Assembly: GCA_965202985.1 (NCBI GenBank)
Contig: CBDBCF010000001.1
Location: 1,952,001 to 2,016,000 of the forward strand
DNA: 64,000 nt
Source of the DNA: Longimicrobiales bacterium
Lineage (GTDB): Bacteria > Gemmatimonadota > Gemmatimonadetes > Longimicrobiales > Gaopeijiaceae
Direction: 5' to 3'
Position numbers and translations under genes: made by a program. Under the pieces are notes generated by a model. That model saw nothing but the letters and a program-made list of their open reading frames with translations, ran no database searches and was not told the origin of the DNA. Position 1 is the stretch's first letter. The number at the start of each line of letters is the position of its first letter. Below are positions 50,364 through 60,098 of this stretch, in pieces.

Positions 50364-51725
50364 TCACGCGCAGGCGTCCCGGTTCTGCTCCAGCCATTCC
50401 AGCAGTGCTTCTGCCGCCCACTGGTGGCCCTGGGTGCTCCAGTGGTAGTCGTGAGCCCAGTGCGCGTCCCGAATGCGGCCGTTCTGGCGCGCGATGTAGG
50501 CGTACTGGTCGACTACGGGAATGTCTCGTGCGGATGCAAGGGCGTGCATGTGGTCGAACTTCAAGTCTTCACGCGCATTACGGTGGGTAGAAAGCATCAA
50601 CAGGACGAAGTTGTCGCGCTCGGCACGGGTCTTCCATTCGTCCAACGCGAATCCCGTGTAATCCAGAGCTTCCTGGGTGGCCTCCGACAAGCGGGCGTCG
50701 TTGAAGGGCTTCACGAACGAGATCGAAAGCCGTGGGTCCCGTGCGCTCCTTTTGGCTTCAACAGTGCGTTGGTTCGCAATCACTTGGACTTTGGCGTCCA
50801 AGAACAGGGCGAAGTGCGAGGTTGATCTGGCAATCCTTCTGACGGCTGCGAGAAGAGGACGCTTTGGGTGAGGCATGGGCATGTTGCGATATGCCCCCGG
50901 ATCGGGGGGATGCATCAAGAAAGCGCCGTCGGCGTTTCGCCGGGCCGATGTCCAGGGCAACCCATCCGGGCCGTACCCAATTCTCACTCCCTTGAGGACA
51001 GGGTGGTTGTCGAAGAAGTCGTTGCCATAGAAAACGAGCACGACGACGCGCGGCGAAATCCTGGAGACGAACTCGTCGTAGTAGCCGAGTTGATGGATCT
51101 GTCCGGTGCCCGTATGGCCAAAGGCGGAGGTTGCGACGCGCAACGCGGGCAGACGTTCGCGAGCCATGTCTTCCAACCGCACATGCAACTTGTCCGCAAT
51201 GGGGACTTGCTCGGCGGCCACAAACGAGTCGCCGACGACGGCCACGCGGCACGACGCATTATCATTAGAAGTAGTGATGCCGTCTAGGGGGAGGGGGGGG
51301 CGATCAAGAAAGCCCCAGCGGTTGACCCGGGTAACGTTCCAGTAATCGAGTATGTTGGTGTGGTGGATCTCCGATCCCGGCACCAGAAGACGTCCTGCCC
51401 TGGGATGGATGTAGCTCTTTCCGACCTGGATCTGCCCGACCGGGGTCTCGAAATCCTCGATGAGCCTCTTGTACACCTGGGCGTCCACCGACCCAACGGA
51501 ACGGAGCCCGACCCTGCTCCGGGCCCAGCCCTCGGCCGCAAGCGCGACGACCACCAGCCCGACCAGAGTCCAGGCCGCGTTGATCGCGGCGACCCGCGCC
51601 CGACCACGAAGCCTCGGCCTACTACCCCTGCCTGCACGCCCGATGGTACGGAGTCCCTCGTCGCCGTGACTGCCCCCCTCCACATAACCCACCGGGCTGC
51701 GCTTCGCCGGCCTGCCCTTCGCCAT
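50364..51725 (-). CDS. Membrane-anchored SGNH/GDSL hydrolase-like protein
   Basis: N-terminal TM, NRWGFLD, VVGDSFV, FYGND, DYHWSTQGH. Confidence 0.78.
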   Translation of the reverse strand: MAKGRPAKRSPVGYVEGGSHGDEGLRTIGRAGRGSRPRLRGRARVAAINAAWTLVGLVVVALAAEGWARSRVGLRSVGSVDAQVYKRLIEDFETPVGQIQVGKSYIHPRAGRLLVPGSEIHHTNILDYWNVTRVNRWGFLDRPPLPLDGITTSNDNASCRVAVVGDSFVAAEQVPIADKLHVRLEDMARERLPALRVATSAFGHTGTGQIHQLGYYDEFVSRISPRVVVLVFYGNDFFDNHPVLKGVRIGYGPDGLPWTSARRNADGAFLMHPPDPGAYRNMPMPHPKRPLLAAVRRIARSTSHFALFLDAKVQVIANQRTVEAKRSARDPRLSISFVKPFNDARLSEATQEALDYTGFALDEWKTRAERDNFVLLMLSTHRNAREDLKFDHMHALASARDIPVVDQYAYIARQNGRIRDAHWAHDYHWSTQGHQWAAEALLEWLEQNRDACA

Positions 51726-51871
51726 CGCCTTCCTCCGTCAAAAGAAACCGTCAATGATCGCCGTCAGTGTTCTCGACACCCCTCTGGCCTCCTTGGCGCT
51801 CAGTTTCCAGGCTGACACGCACGTCAACGTACCTTGTAGCGCCTGCTGAGTCAACGTCAGCTTCCAGGCCG

Positions 51872-54217
51872 TCAGAACGCCGTGCCGAAGCTCAACCAGG
51901 GCCGCCACTTGGAGTCCGGGGGCGCGTCGCCGTTCACGGGGAAGCGTCGGGTCAAGTCGATTCGAAGGCCGCCGGGCAGGACTATGCCCGTTCCGGCCGA
52001 GAGGAAGGTCAGGCGCTCCCGTTGCAGGTCGGGCGCGTCCGTCGGAGGCCAGTCGGCGAAGGTGCGCATCCAGTCGCTGAAGATCGAGAGCCGAGCGAAG
52101 GCGATCTGGATCTGCATGTCGGCTCGGGCGCGGAGGGCCACGCGACTGGCCAATCCCTGCGGCGTCCGTCCGCGAAACCACCGGCCCGAGGGGTCGAGGA
52201 GCCACGAGTCGGTGCGGGGTGGTCCTCCCCAGGTCCGGGCGGCGCCGGCTTCCGCTCCTATCGATACGCGCCGGCCCGGAAACAGGATCGCGGTTGCGGT
52301 CGCTGCCGCTCGAAGCGTCGGGTCGTCTTCCAGAGTGCCCGCCAGGGACAGCGCGGTGCCTCCCTGCAGCCGGCCGGAGCGGTTTCCCCACCAAGGTCTC
52401 CACGTTGCCGTCGCCCCGGACCGCATCTCGCCCGCGCCGTACTCGTCGTGGCGCTCGGCGAAGAGGCTCACGGCAACGGACTGGCGATTGCGCCGCGCCG
52501 GCGAGAGCCAGACCCGCAGTCCGTCGGCGACGTACCACAACGGATCGTCGGAGGAGGCGGGCGCGTCGCTGGGCAGGACGGACGCCAGACGGTAGTCGTG
52601 ATAGGCGGATACGCGCAAGCGCCAGGCGGGGAGGCGCGAATCGAGGGAGAGGAAGACGCGCGGCCGGGATCGGCGGGTGCCGGCGTTCGTCGCCAGAGCA
52701 ACCCGGCCCCACGGGAAGCTTCGCCACAGCCGGCTTCCGGCGACGAGCCCCTCGGACTGGTTGTAGTTCAGAAGCCGAAGCGTCAGGAGAGGCGGCTCGA
52801 AGAACCAGGGGCTGAGGTCGGCACCTTCGTCCTCGGCGCCCTCGTCTTCGCCGACCTCGATCCGGGCCAGTTCGGCCGCCATCCGGTCCCGACCGGGCTC
52901 GTGGGCGCGGGCGTCCCACGACGCGGGGAGAAAGAGATCGGCTGGCGAACTCGCCTCGCGAAATCGACGGCGGGGGACAAGGACGACGAGTTCCTCTCCG
53001 GTCCCGTGGACCACGCTGTCCCCGGGTTGCTCCCACGTCCCAAGGACGGGACTCGCCCCTCCGGGCGTCTCGCTCACCTCCTCAATCTCGAACGCCGCCT
53101 GGACCGAGGCGCGGACCATGATCTCCGGGTACTCCTCCCAGTCCCAGCTGCTGGGCTCCTCGATCAGGGCTTGGTGCATCCTTGCGGTCATGGAGTGTGG
53201 CAGCCACCACCGGTTCCCCCACAACGAGTACTCCACCACGATCGACGAGGCCGCCAACTCGAACCGGGGAAGGGCCGAGTTGAACGCCCAGTTCACCAGT
53301 CGGCCAAAGCCCTCCGGCTCGCCCCCGACCTCCGCTCGGCCAGCGCTCGGAACCGCCGACGAATCGCCCCCGGCCCCACTCCCCCGCTTGCTTCCGGCCC
53401 CGCCCTCCGAGAAGTCGAAGTCGACTCCAACGTTCCATCCGTCCGCGTCGCGCAAGCGAAAGGCGGCCTCCCGATCGATCGGCTTCGCGGGACGGAACGC
53501 CACTCGGGCCACGCCGTGCGTCTTCGGCTCGATCCACATCAGGGAGGCCATGAACCGGATGCTTCGGTAGCGAGGCATCGCCTCCACGACTACGGTGTGC
53601 ACTACCTCTCCGTCGGGAAGCGTCACCGAGAGCGTGTCCCCCGACCGGTATCGGTAGAAGTGCTCGGCGTCCGGGTCCAGCGGCGCAACGATCGATGTCA
53701 TGTCGGCGGAGTCCAACACCCCCAGCGTCGCCAGCTGCCGAAGGCCGAAGCGGAAGGGGTTCCGACCGGGCTCCGGCGGCCGATCGACCGCTCGGCGCGC
53801 GAAGAGCGAGTCCGGCGGGCCCCATCGCGGGTAGCGCGACCAGTGACCGTCGAGCCGGACGACGGCCTCCCCCTCCCGGGACCATCGCACCCGGGCCGAA
53901 TAGCGATAGTCCCGCAGAAGGTGCGCGCGACGCTCGGTCACCATCTCGAACACCTGTCGCTCGTGCAGTCGGGCGGTGTACGACGCCGGACCCGAACCGT
54001 CCCGCCGGGCCTTGGCCCCCTCGACCAGGCGACGAGCGACCGCGTCCAGATAGGCGTCCTCCGCAGACTGGCCGAGAAGCGGACCGGCGGTCGCCATGCC
54101 CACCGCCCAAGCAACGGCCGCCGCCAAGCAAGCCGGCGTCAAGCAAGCGGCCGCCGCCCTCCCGACCCGCACAAGGCCGCGCGCTGGAAGACCTCGCCCT
54201 TGAGAACCTCGAACCAT
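51872..54217 (-). CDS. Probable outer-membrane beta-barrel protein
   Basis: Signal peptide, NYNQSEGLVAG, alternating beta strands, terminal Phe (WLSFGTAF). Start is uncertain. Confidence 0.68.
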   Translation of the reverse strand: MVRGSQGRGLPARGLVRVGRAAAACLTPACLAAAVAWAVGMATAGPLLGQSAEDAYLDAVARRLVEGAKARRDGSGPASYTARLHERQVFEMVTERRAHLLRDYRYSARVRWSREGEAVVRLDGHWSRYPRWGPPDSLFARRAVDRPPEPGRNPFRFGLRQLATLGVLDSADMTSIVAPLDPDAEHFYRYRSGDTLSVTLPDGEVVHTVVVEAMPRYRSIRFMASLMWIEPKTHGVARVAFRPAKPIDREAAFRLRDADGWNVGVDFDFSEGGAGSKRGSGAGGDSSAVPSAGRAEVGGEPEGFGRLVNWAFNSALPRFELAASSIVVEYSLWGNRWWLPHSMTARMHQALIEEPSSWDWEEYPEIMVRASVQAAFEIEEVSETPGGASPVLGTWEQPGDSVVHGTGEELVVLVPRRRFREASSPADLFLPASWDARAHEPGRDRMAAELARIEVGEDEGAEDEGADLSPWFFEPPLLTLRLLNYNQSEGLVAGSRLWRSFPWGRVALATNAGTRRSRPRVFLSLDSRLPAWRLRVSAYHDYRLASVLPSDAPASSDDPLWYVADGLRVWLSPARRNRQSVAVSLFAERHDEYGAGEMRSGATATWRPWWGNRSGRLQGGTALSLAGTLEDDPTLRAAATATAILFPGRRVSIGAEAGAARTWGGPPRTDSWLLDPSGRWFRGRTPQGLASRVALRARADMQIQIAFARLSIFSDWMRTFADWPPTDAPDLQRERLTFLSAGTGIVLPGGLRIDLTRRFPVNGDAPPDSKWRPWLSFGTAF

Positions 54218-54345
54218 CGCTTCCCTGCCGGCTGGACCAGACTGCTACGCAGCGCAGGGACATCATCAGCCCGAGACCGGCAGCGGCGCAAGACGCCTTG
54301 GCGACGGCAGCGCCCGCCCCGTCCCCGTGCCTTGCTGTCCCCGCC

Positions 54346-54391
54346 TTCAGCCCAGCAGGGGGCGAATGTTCAGCCCAGCAGGGGGCGAATG
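54346..54391. repeat. Perfect 23-bp tandem duplication
   Basis: TTCAGCCCAGCAGGGGGCGAATG at 54346-54368 and 54369-54391. Confidence 0.92.
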
Positions 54392-54915
54392 TGCGTGTTG
54401 GTGGAGCCCGGAATCTGGATGCCGGCCCGCAGCGTGGAGCCCAGCAGGTCGACCAGCACGTACTCCTGCTGGGGCTGGAAGGTGTCCGGCTTGGGCGCCG
54501 TGGGGTCGATCAGGTCGATGAGGCGCAGCGACACCGGCCACGGGTCCAGCCCCGTGTAGACGACGATGGGCAGCACCGGCGGCACGGTGGAGCCGATGCT
54601 AAGGTCGCCGTTCTTGAACAGCTCCAGCCACGTGAGTATCGAGTTGGTCGTCACGCGAAGCGCCATGTGCTTGTCCGCCTTGGGCTCCGCGAAGAGCAGG
54701 ACGTACATCCACGACCCTCCCTTGAGTCGCATCCTCCAGACCGTGTCCCGCTTGCCGCGCAGCGGATTGGCGTCCAGGTAGTCGTCCGGCACCCGCTCCA
54801 GAGTGGGCAGGTCGCAGTACTGCCGGGCCTCCGGCGGCACCACGTTGCGCACCAGGTCGTGGACGACCTCCTTGAAGTGGAACGCGCGGTTCATGAACGA
54901 GTCGGTGGTGGCCAT
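54370..54915 (-). pseudogene. Rpn/YhgA-like N-terminal fragment with a degenerate nuclease motif
   Basis: DLPTLERVPDDYL, RDTVWRMRL, YVLLFAEPKADKHMALR (normally EFQS), PPVLPIVVYTGLDPW. C-terminal half is absent. Confidence 0.78.
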
Positions 54916-55026
54916 GCTGTTCGGTCCTTTCGGATGTGGGGCGTGCCTTGCCCGCCGAGGGCCGGAACGGGCCTCCGCCGGGTCGCCGAACCCGTCGGTC
55001 CGGCCTTCGCCCCATACAATCTGCGC

Positions 55027-55066
55027 CGAAAATTGGGCGCTTCCATGCTCAGATCGGCCCGACTTT
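55027..55066 (-). promoter_or_regulatory. Conserved 40-nt motif upstream of rpn fragment (copy 2)
   Basis: Minus strand reads AAAGTCGGGCCGATCTGAGCATGGAAGCGCCCAATTTTCG, matching 18114-18153. Confidence 0.7.
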
Positions 55067-55130
55067 AGCGGCCCCGGGTTCCGCCCTTGCCCCGGCCGAG
55101 CAACCGTGCCTCATTTGTTGGACCATGGGC

Positions 55131-55910
55131 ATGAGAATCGCGGCGTGGAACGTCAACTCGGTGAAGGCGCGGGAGGCCAGGGTGGTGCACTGGCTTCGGG
55201 AGCACCGGCCCGACGCCCTGTGCCTCCAGGAGATCAAGACCACGGAGGACCACTTTCCGTCCGAAAGGCTTCGGGAGGACGGATACCAGGCCGCCGTCTT
55301 CGGGCAGAGGACCTACAACGGCGTCGCGGTGGTCAGCCCCCATCCGATCGGCTCGGTCGAACGGGGACTGGAAGGCGACGAGCACGACGACCAAGCCCGC
55401 TTGGTGCGCGGCGTCGTCCGGGGCGTGACCGTGCTCTCCGCCTACTTCCCGAACGGAAGGACGGTGGGCTCCGAGTCCTACCGCTACAAGCTGGCGTGGA
55501 TGGGCCGCCTGCTGGCGCTGCTGGAGCGCCGCTTCGACCCCCGCGATCCGGTCGTGCTGGCCGGCGACTTCAACGTGGCCCGCGACGACCTGGACGCGGA
55601 GCATCCGGATCGGTGGGCGGCCAGCGTGCTGTGCGACCCGGCGACCCGCGAAGCCTTGGAGCGGATTCGGGAGTGGGGTTTCGTGGACGTGGTGCGGAAG
55701 CACAACCCCGACGGGAAGCTCTACAGCTGGTGGGACTACCGACGCCTGGCGTTTCCCAAGAACGACGGGTTGCGCATCGACCACGTGTTCGCCACCGTGC
55801 CCGTGGCGGAAGCGTCCATCGGGGCCTGGGTGGACCGCAACCAGCGAAAGGGAGGCAAGGCCGACAAGCCGTCCGACCACGCGCCCGTGGTGGCCGACTT
55901 CGATCTGTAG
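55131..55910 (+). CDS. xth: Exodeoxyribonuclease III
   Basis: WNVNSV, CLQEIK, YNGVAV, YFPNG, GDFNVA, SWWDYR, GLRIDH, SDHAPV. Confidence 0.95.
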   Translation: MRIAAWNVNSVKAREARVVHWLREHRPDALCLQEIKTTEDHFPSERLREDGYQAAVFGQRTYNGVAVVSPHPIGSVERGLEGDEHDDQARLVRGVVRGVTVLSAYFPNGRTVGSESYRYKLAWMGRLLALLERRFDPRDPVVLAGDFNVARDDLDAEHPDRWAASVLCDPATREALERIREWGFVDVVRKHNPDGKLYSWWDYRRLAFPKNDGLRIDHVFATVPVAEASIGAWVDRNQRKGGKADKPSDHAPVVADFDL

Positions 55911-56000
55911 TCGGGACTAGGGGGGCGGGGCAACCCAAGCGCGAGGCCGCGCCGTCGGAAGAAGCAAGGACGCCCACGTCTCCGGCAAAGGAGGGGAAAG

Positions 56001-56621
56001 ATGAAGAGCACGAGACGCGCCAAGGAACGGCAGCACCGGCGGCTGTTCGCCGCTGGAATCGGGACATCGGCGGCGTTGCACGCCGCGGTCCTGGGGTTCT
56101 CGACGTTCAGCGTCCCGGCGTCCACCGCCGGCGTGGCGGAACGGAACGCGGATCGCTCGCCCGCCCCCGCCGACGAAGCTCCGGCCATGGAGGTGGTGAC
56201 GCTGGCGAAAGCCCCGGCCACGCCCGCGCAGTCCCCGAGCGCGTCTGTCGCGCCGTCCGCCGCCGCGCCGTCCCCTGCCGCCGGAGCCGCCTCCCCCGCT
56301 GCCGCCGCCCCGCGCACTGCCGCCGAAGCCACCCCCAGCGCGGCCCTCATGCTGGCCGCGTTCGAGGCCCGCGCCCGTCCCGCCATGAAGCCCAACTTCG
56401 CCGCCCAGCAGGGCGTGTCGCCGCGCGGCTTGAGCGCCCTCCCGGCAACGGCCGGCCCCGGCGACGACCTCGCCGGCCACGATCACGGCCACGACGAGGA
56501 CGACGGCAACAGCTGGTGGCGCCGATTGGGCATCTCCGTCGGCAGCGGCGGCGGCCACTGCAAGCCCCGCCCCGGCGGAACGATCGTCTCCGAACCCCGC
56601 GAGCCCGTCACTTCCCGCTGA
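56001..56621 (+). CDS. Hypothetical Ala/Pro-rich membrane-anchored protein
   Basis: GGAGG RBS; N-terminal SAALHAAVL anchor resembling the TonB-type SxxxH motif. Confidence 0.55.
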   Translation: MKSTRRAKERQHRRLFAAGIGTSAALHAAVLGFSTFSVPASTAGVAERNADRSPAPADEAPAMEVVTLAKAPATPAQSPSASVAPSAAAPSPAAGAASPAAAAPRTAAEATPSAALMLAAFEARARPAMKPNFAAQQGVSPRGLSALPATAGPGDDLAGHDHGHDEDDGNSWWRRLGISVGSGGGHCKPRPGGTIVSEPREPVTSR

Positions 56622-57564
56622 CGCGTGGTCGCCCGGACCTGACGCACGGTCGCCCGGACGCCCCGCTCCCGTCCCGCAGCGCCTCCATCTCCTCCAGGCT
56701 CCTGGGCCAGTCCTTGCCCAGCAGCCGCGACAGCGCCCGGTCGGCCAGCAGCCGGCCCCCCGTCTGACACTCCGGACAGTAGTTGGTCTCTCGGGCCGCG
56801 TAGACGATGCGCTGGATCGGCGTCCCGCACTGGGGGCACGGCTGCCCATACTTGCCGTGGGCCGCCATTTTCGGGTGGAACGCGGTCACCTTGCCGGGAA
56901 AGCGCCCGGCCGCCTCTTCCACCAGCCGCGCGCACCACTCCCGCAGCGAGACCTGCACCGCTTTGTGGAGCCGCGCCGTCTCCGCGTCGCTCAGCTGCCG
57001 GCTCAGGCGCACCGGCGACAGCCGCGCCCGCAACAGGATCTCGTCGGAGTGCGCGTTCCCGATCCCCGACAGGATGCGCGGGTCGGTGAGCGCGCGCTTC
57101 AAGGTGCGGTTCTCCCGCCGGATCGCCGCCGCGAACTCCGTCGCCGACGCCTCCAAGGGCTCGATGCCGCCCGGGTCGTGCTCCGCCAGCGCCGCCTCGC
57201 CCCGCACCACATGCAGCGACGCCCGCTTCTGCGTCGCTGCCTCGGTCAGCAGCAGGGTCCCCCCGTCGAAGTCGAACGCCGCGTGTCCACGCTTCCGGGG
57301 CACGGCAGCGCCGGGCGCGCGCCATTGGAAGCGCCCGCTGATCATCAGGTGCACCACGCAGAAGAGGTCGTCTTCCAGGCAGATCACCACCCGCTTGCCG
57401 ATCCGCCGCAGGTCTTCGACCCTCTTGCTGCGAACCGCGGACAGAGGCGGGTCCCAGCTCTTCAGAAGCGACGGCGACCGCACCCGAACCCGTCGCAGCC
57501 GCTCGCCTTGGACGCGGTCCCGCAGCGCGTGCAGGTACAGGGCGACTTCGGGCAGCTCGGGCAT
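56608..57564 (-). CDS. mutM: Fpg/Nei-family DNA glycosylase
   Basis: MPELPEV, RRIGK, HLMISG, SGIGNAHSDEIL, zinc finger CPQC...CPECQ. May be a paralogue. Confidence 0.88.
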   Translation of the reverse strand: MPELPEVALYLHALRDRVQGERLRRVRVRSPSLLKSWDPPLSAVRSKRVEDLRRIGKRVVICLEDDLFCVVHLMISGRFQWRAPGAAVPRKRGHAAFDFDGGTLLLTEAATQKRASLHVVRGEAALAEHDPGGIEPLEASATEFAAAIRRENRTLKRALTDPRILSGIGNAHSDEILLRARLSPVRLSRQLSDAETARLHKAVQVSLREWCARLVEEAAGRFPGKVTAFHPKMAAHGKYGQPCPQCGTPIQRIVYAARETNYCPECQTGGRLLADRALSRLLGKDWPRSLEEMEALRDGSGASGRPCVRSGRPRVSGK

Positions 57565-57683
57565 GGGCCACGATGGGGTCACCCGCCTTCGCCGGCAATC
57601 TCGCCCGTTCCGCTCTGCTGCCCTCCGGTTCCGCCCCGCCGGCCCCCTGTTGCCGCCTCGCATCCGGCGCGAGATTTGAGGCC

Positions 57684-58880
57684 ATGATCGTTCGTCCCAA
57701 GGTTCGGGGCTTCGTCTGCGTGACGGCGCACCCCACGGGTTGCAAAGAGAATGTGGCCGCCCAGATCCGCCATGCCCGCGCCCACCCCATCGCCAACCCG
57801 CCCCGGTGCGCGCTGGTGCTGGGGTCGTCGGCCAGCTACGGAATGGGATCGCGGGTCGCGCTGGCGTTCGGCGGCGGTGCCGCCACCTTCGGCGTCTTCT
57901 TCGACCGTCCGCCCACGCACCGCCGGACCGCCACGGCCGGCTGGTACAACACGGCGGCGTTCGAAGCGGCCGCGGCCCGGGCGGGCCTCGCGTCGGCTTG
58001 CTGGAACGGCGACGCCTTCTCCCACCAGGCCAAGGAGCGCGTCGTCGAAGCCCTGAAGCGCGACTTCCCTCCCGTCGACTGCGTGGTGAACTCCCTGGCG
58101 GCCCCTCGGCGAACCCACCCCGACACGGGACAGAACTTCGCCTCGGTCCTGAAGCCGATCGGCGCGCCCTACCGCTCCAAGACGCTGAACACCGACAAGG
58201 CCCGCGTCGAGGAGGTGGAGCTGGACCCGGCCTCGCCGGAAGAGGTGGACGCGACCGTGGCCGTCATGGGCGGCGAGGACTGGCGCCTGTGGATCGAAGC
58301 CCTGGAGGCCGGCGGCGTCCTGGCGCCCAACTGCCGCACCTTCGCCTACAGCTACGTCGGCCCCGAGCTCACGTGGCCGATCTACCGGGACGGCGCCATC
58401 GGCCGCGCCAAGGCCGACCTGCATCGAACCGCGGCGGCCCTGGACCAGCGCCTGTCCCCGTCAGGCGGCGGCGCGACCGTGGCGGTCATGAAGGCGGTGA
58501 CGACCCAGGCCAGCGCCGCGATCCCGGTCGTGCCCCTGTACGTGTCGATCCTGTATAAGATCATGAAGGCCGCCGGCGACCACGAAGGCCCCGCGGAACA
58601 GGCGGTCCGGCTGTACGCTTCCAAGGTGTACGGCCCGGGCGGGCTGGAGACGGACGGCGACGGCTTCGTCCGCATGGACGACCTCGAAATGAAGCCCGAC
58701 ACCCAGGCCGCGGTGCTGCGGGCGTGGGAAGCGATCTCCACCGAGAACCTCCGAACCGAGTCCGACTTCGACGGCTACCGCCGCGACTTCCTGCGGCTCT
58801 TCGGCTTCGAGACGCCCGGCGTGGACTACGACGCGGAAGTGGACCCGGTGGTCGCTGTTCCCGGCTTGGTCGCGGACTGA
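57684..58880 (+). CDS. fabV: Trans-2-enoyl-ACP/CoA reductase
   Basis: MIVRPKVRGFVCVTAHPTGC, TAGWYN, NGDAFS, VMGGEDW, YSYVGP, TQASAAIP, LFGF. Confidence 0.95.
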   Translation: MIVRPKVRGFVCVTAHPTGCKENVAAQIRHARAHPIANPPRCALVLGSSASYGMGSRVALAFGGGAATFGVFFDRPPTHRRTATAGWYNTAAFEAAAARAGLASACWNGDAFSHQAKERVVEALKRDFPPVDCVVNSLAAPRRTHPDTGQNFASVLKPIGAPYRSKTLNTDKARVEEVELDPASPEEVDATVAVMGGEDWRLWIEALEAGGVLAPNCRTFAYSYVGPELTWPIYRDGAIGRAKADLHRTAAALDQRLSPSGGGATVAVMKAVTTQASAAIPVVPLYVSILYKIMKAAGDHEGPAEQAVRLYASKVYGPGGLETDGDGFVRMDDLEMKPDTQAAVLRAWEAISTENLRTESDFDGYRRDFLRLFGFETPGVDYDAEVDPVVAVPGLVAD

Positions 58881-58889
58881 CGGCGCGCA

Positions 58890-59528
58890 GTGCCCAAGGT
58901 CAAGCCCACGCCCGCACAGCTTCGCGAGCTGGCTCGCTGCGACCCGGCGATGGGCGCGGCCATGGATCGCGTCGCCCCCTACCCGGGCTTCCCCGCCGGC
59001 TTCCTGGCCCGCGGCTCGCACTTCCAGGCCATCGCCCGGTCCATCGTCTTCCAGCAGCTGGCCGGTGCCGCCGCCAGGACGATCTACGGGCGGGTGTGCG
59101 ACCTGACGCCGGGACCGGGCTTCCCGACGGCCGCGGAGTGCATGGCGCTGCCCGACCCGCACCTTCGCAAGGCGGGGCTGTCGGCCGCCAAGTCCAGAGC
59201 CATCAAGGACCTGGCCGCCAAGTCCGCCGACGGCTCGGTCCGGCTGCGGAGCGTGTCGCGAATGACCGACGAAGAAGTGGTGGACATGCTCTCCTCGGTC
59301 TGGGGGATCGGGGAGTGGACGGCCCAGATGTTCCTGATCTTTCGGCTGGGACGCCTGGACGTGATGCCCGCAGGAGACCTGGGCGTGCGGGAGGGCGCGC
59401 GCCGGCTGGACGGCTTGACGGAGCGCCCGTCGCCCGGCGCCGTGCTACAGCGCGCAGAGGCGTGGCGACCCCTGCGGTCCGTGGCCACTTGGGTTCTCTA
59501 TCGACTGTGCGACGAGCCGGCGGCGTGA
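58890..59528 (+). CDS. alkA: DNA-3-methyladenine glycosylase II family (HhH-GPD)
   Basis: SIVFQQL, GLSAAK, WGIGEWTAQMFLIF, PAGDLGV, WRPLRS. Confidence 0.88.
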   Translation: MPKVKPTPAQLRELARCDPAMGAAMDRVAPYPGFPAGFLARGSHFQAIARSIVFQQLAGAAARTIYGRVCDLTPGPGFPTAAECMALPDPHLRKAGLSAAKSRAIKDLAAKSADGSVRLRSVSRMTDEEVVDMLSSVWGIGEWTAQMFLIFRLGRLDVMPAGDLGVREGARRLDGLTERPSPGAVLQRAEAWRPLRSVATWVLYRLCDEPAA

Positions 59529-60076
59529 CGCCGCTCGAAACGCGGGCCCAACCCGCCGGGCAGGTAACCTCGGCTCGACTGGACACGCCGCTGGGCGCCA
59601 TGGAGGCGGCCGCGTGCGACCACGGCGTGTGCATGCTGGAGTTCGCGGATCGGCCCATGCTGCCCACGCAGCTCGGGCGCGTGGAGCGTCGCTGGGGGAC
59701 GCCGGTACCGGGCGAACACCCGCTTCTGGAGCGTCTGGAGGTCGAGCTGCGCGAGTACTTCGACGGCGCTCGGCTCGAGTTCGAGGTGCCCTTGGCGCTG
59801 GCGGGAACGCCCTTCCAAGAGCGGGTTTGGCGACGCCTCCTGGAGATCCCGTACGGACGGACGATCACCTACGACGAGCTGGCCCGACAGGTCGCATGCC
59901 CCGGAGGCCAGCGCGCCGTGGGTCGCGCCAACGGCGACAACCGCATCGCGGTCGTGGTGCCCTGCCACCGCGTGGTCCGTTCCGGCGGCGGCTTGGGAGG
60001 CTACGGGGGCGGCCTTGCCCGCAAGCGGCGGCTTCTGGGCCTGGAGCAAGGCGCCGTCCAGGGCGGCCTGTTCTAA
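59525..60076 (+). CDS. ogt: Methylated-DNA--protein-cysteine methyltransferase
   Basis: GTPFQERVW, IPYG, RAVGRANGDN, PCHRV, GGYGGG. Confidence 0.93.
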   Translation: MTPLETRAQPAGQVTSARLDTPLGAMEAAACDHGVCMLEFADRPMLPTQLGRVERRWGTPVPGEHPLLERLEVELREYFDGARLEFEVPLALAGTPFQERVWRRLLEIPYGRTITYDELARQVACPGGQRAVGRANGDNRIAVVVPCHRVVRSGGGLGGYGGGLARKRRLLGLEQGAVQGGLF

Positions 60077-60098
60077 ACCGCGAGCCCGTGTCCCGACC

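Noticed and set aside
51801..51873. Imperfect repeat CAG(T/C)TTCCAGGC in an intergenic region
   Set aside because: Only two short copies, compatible with chance.
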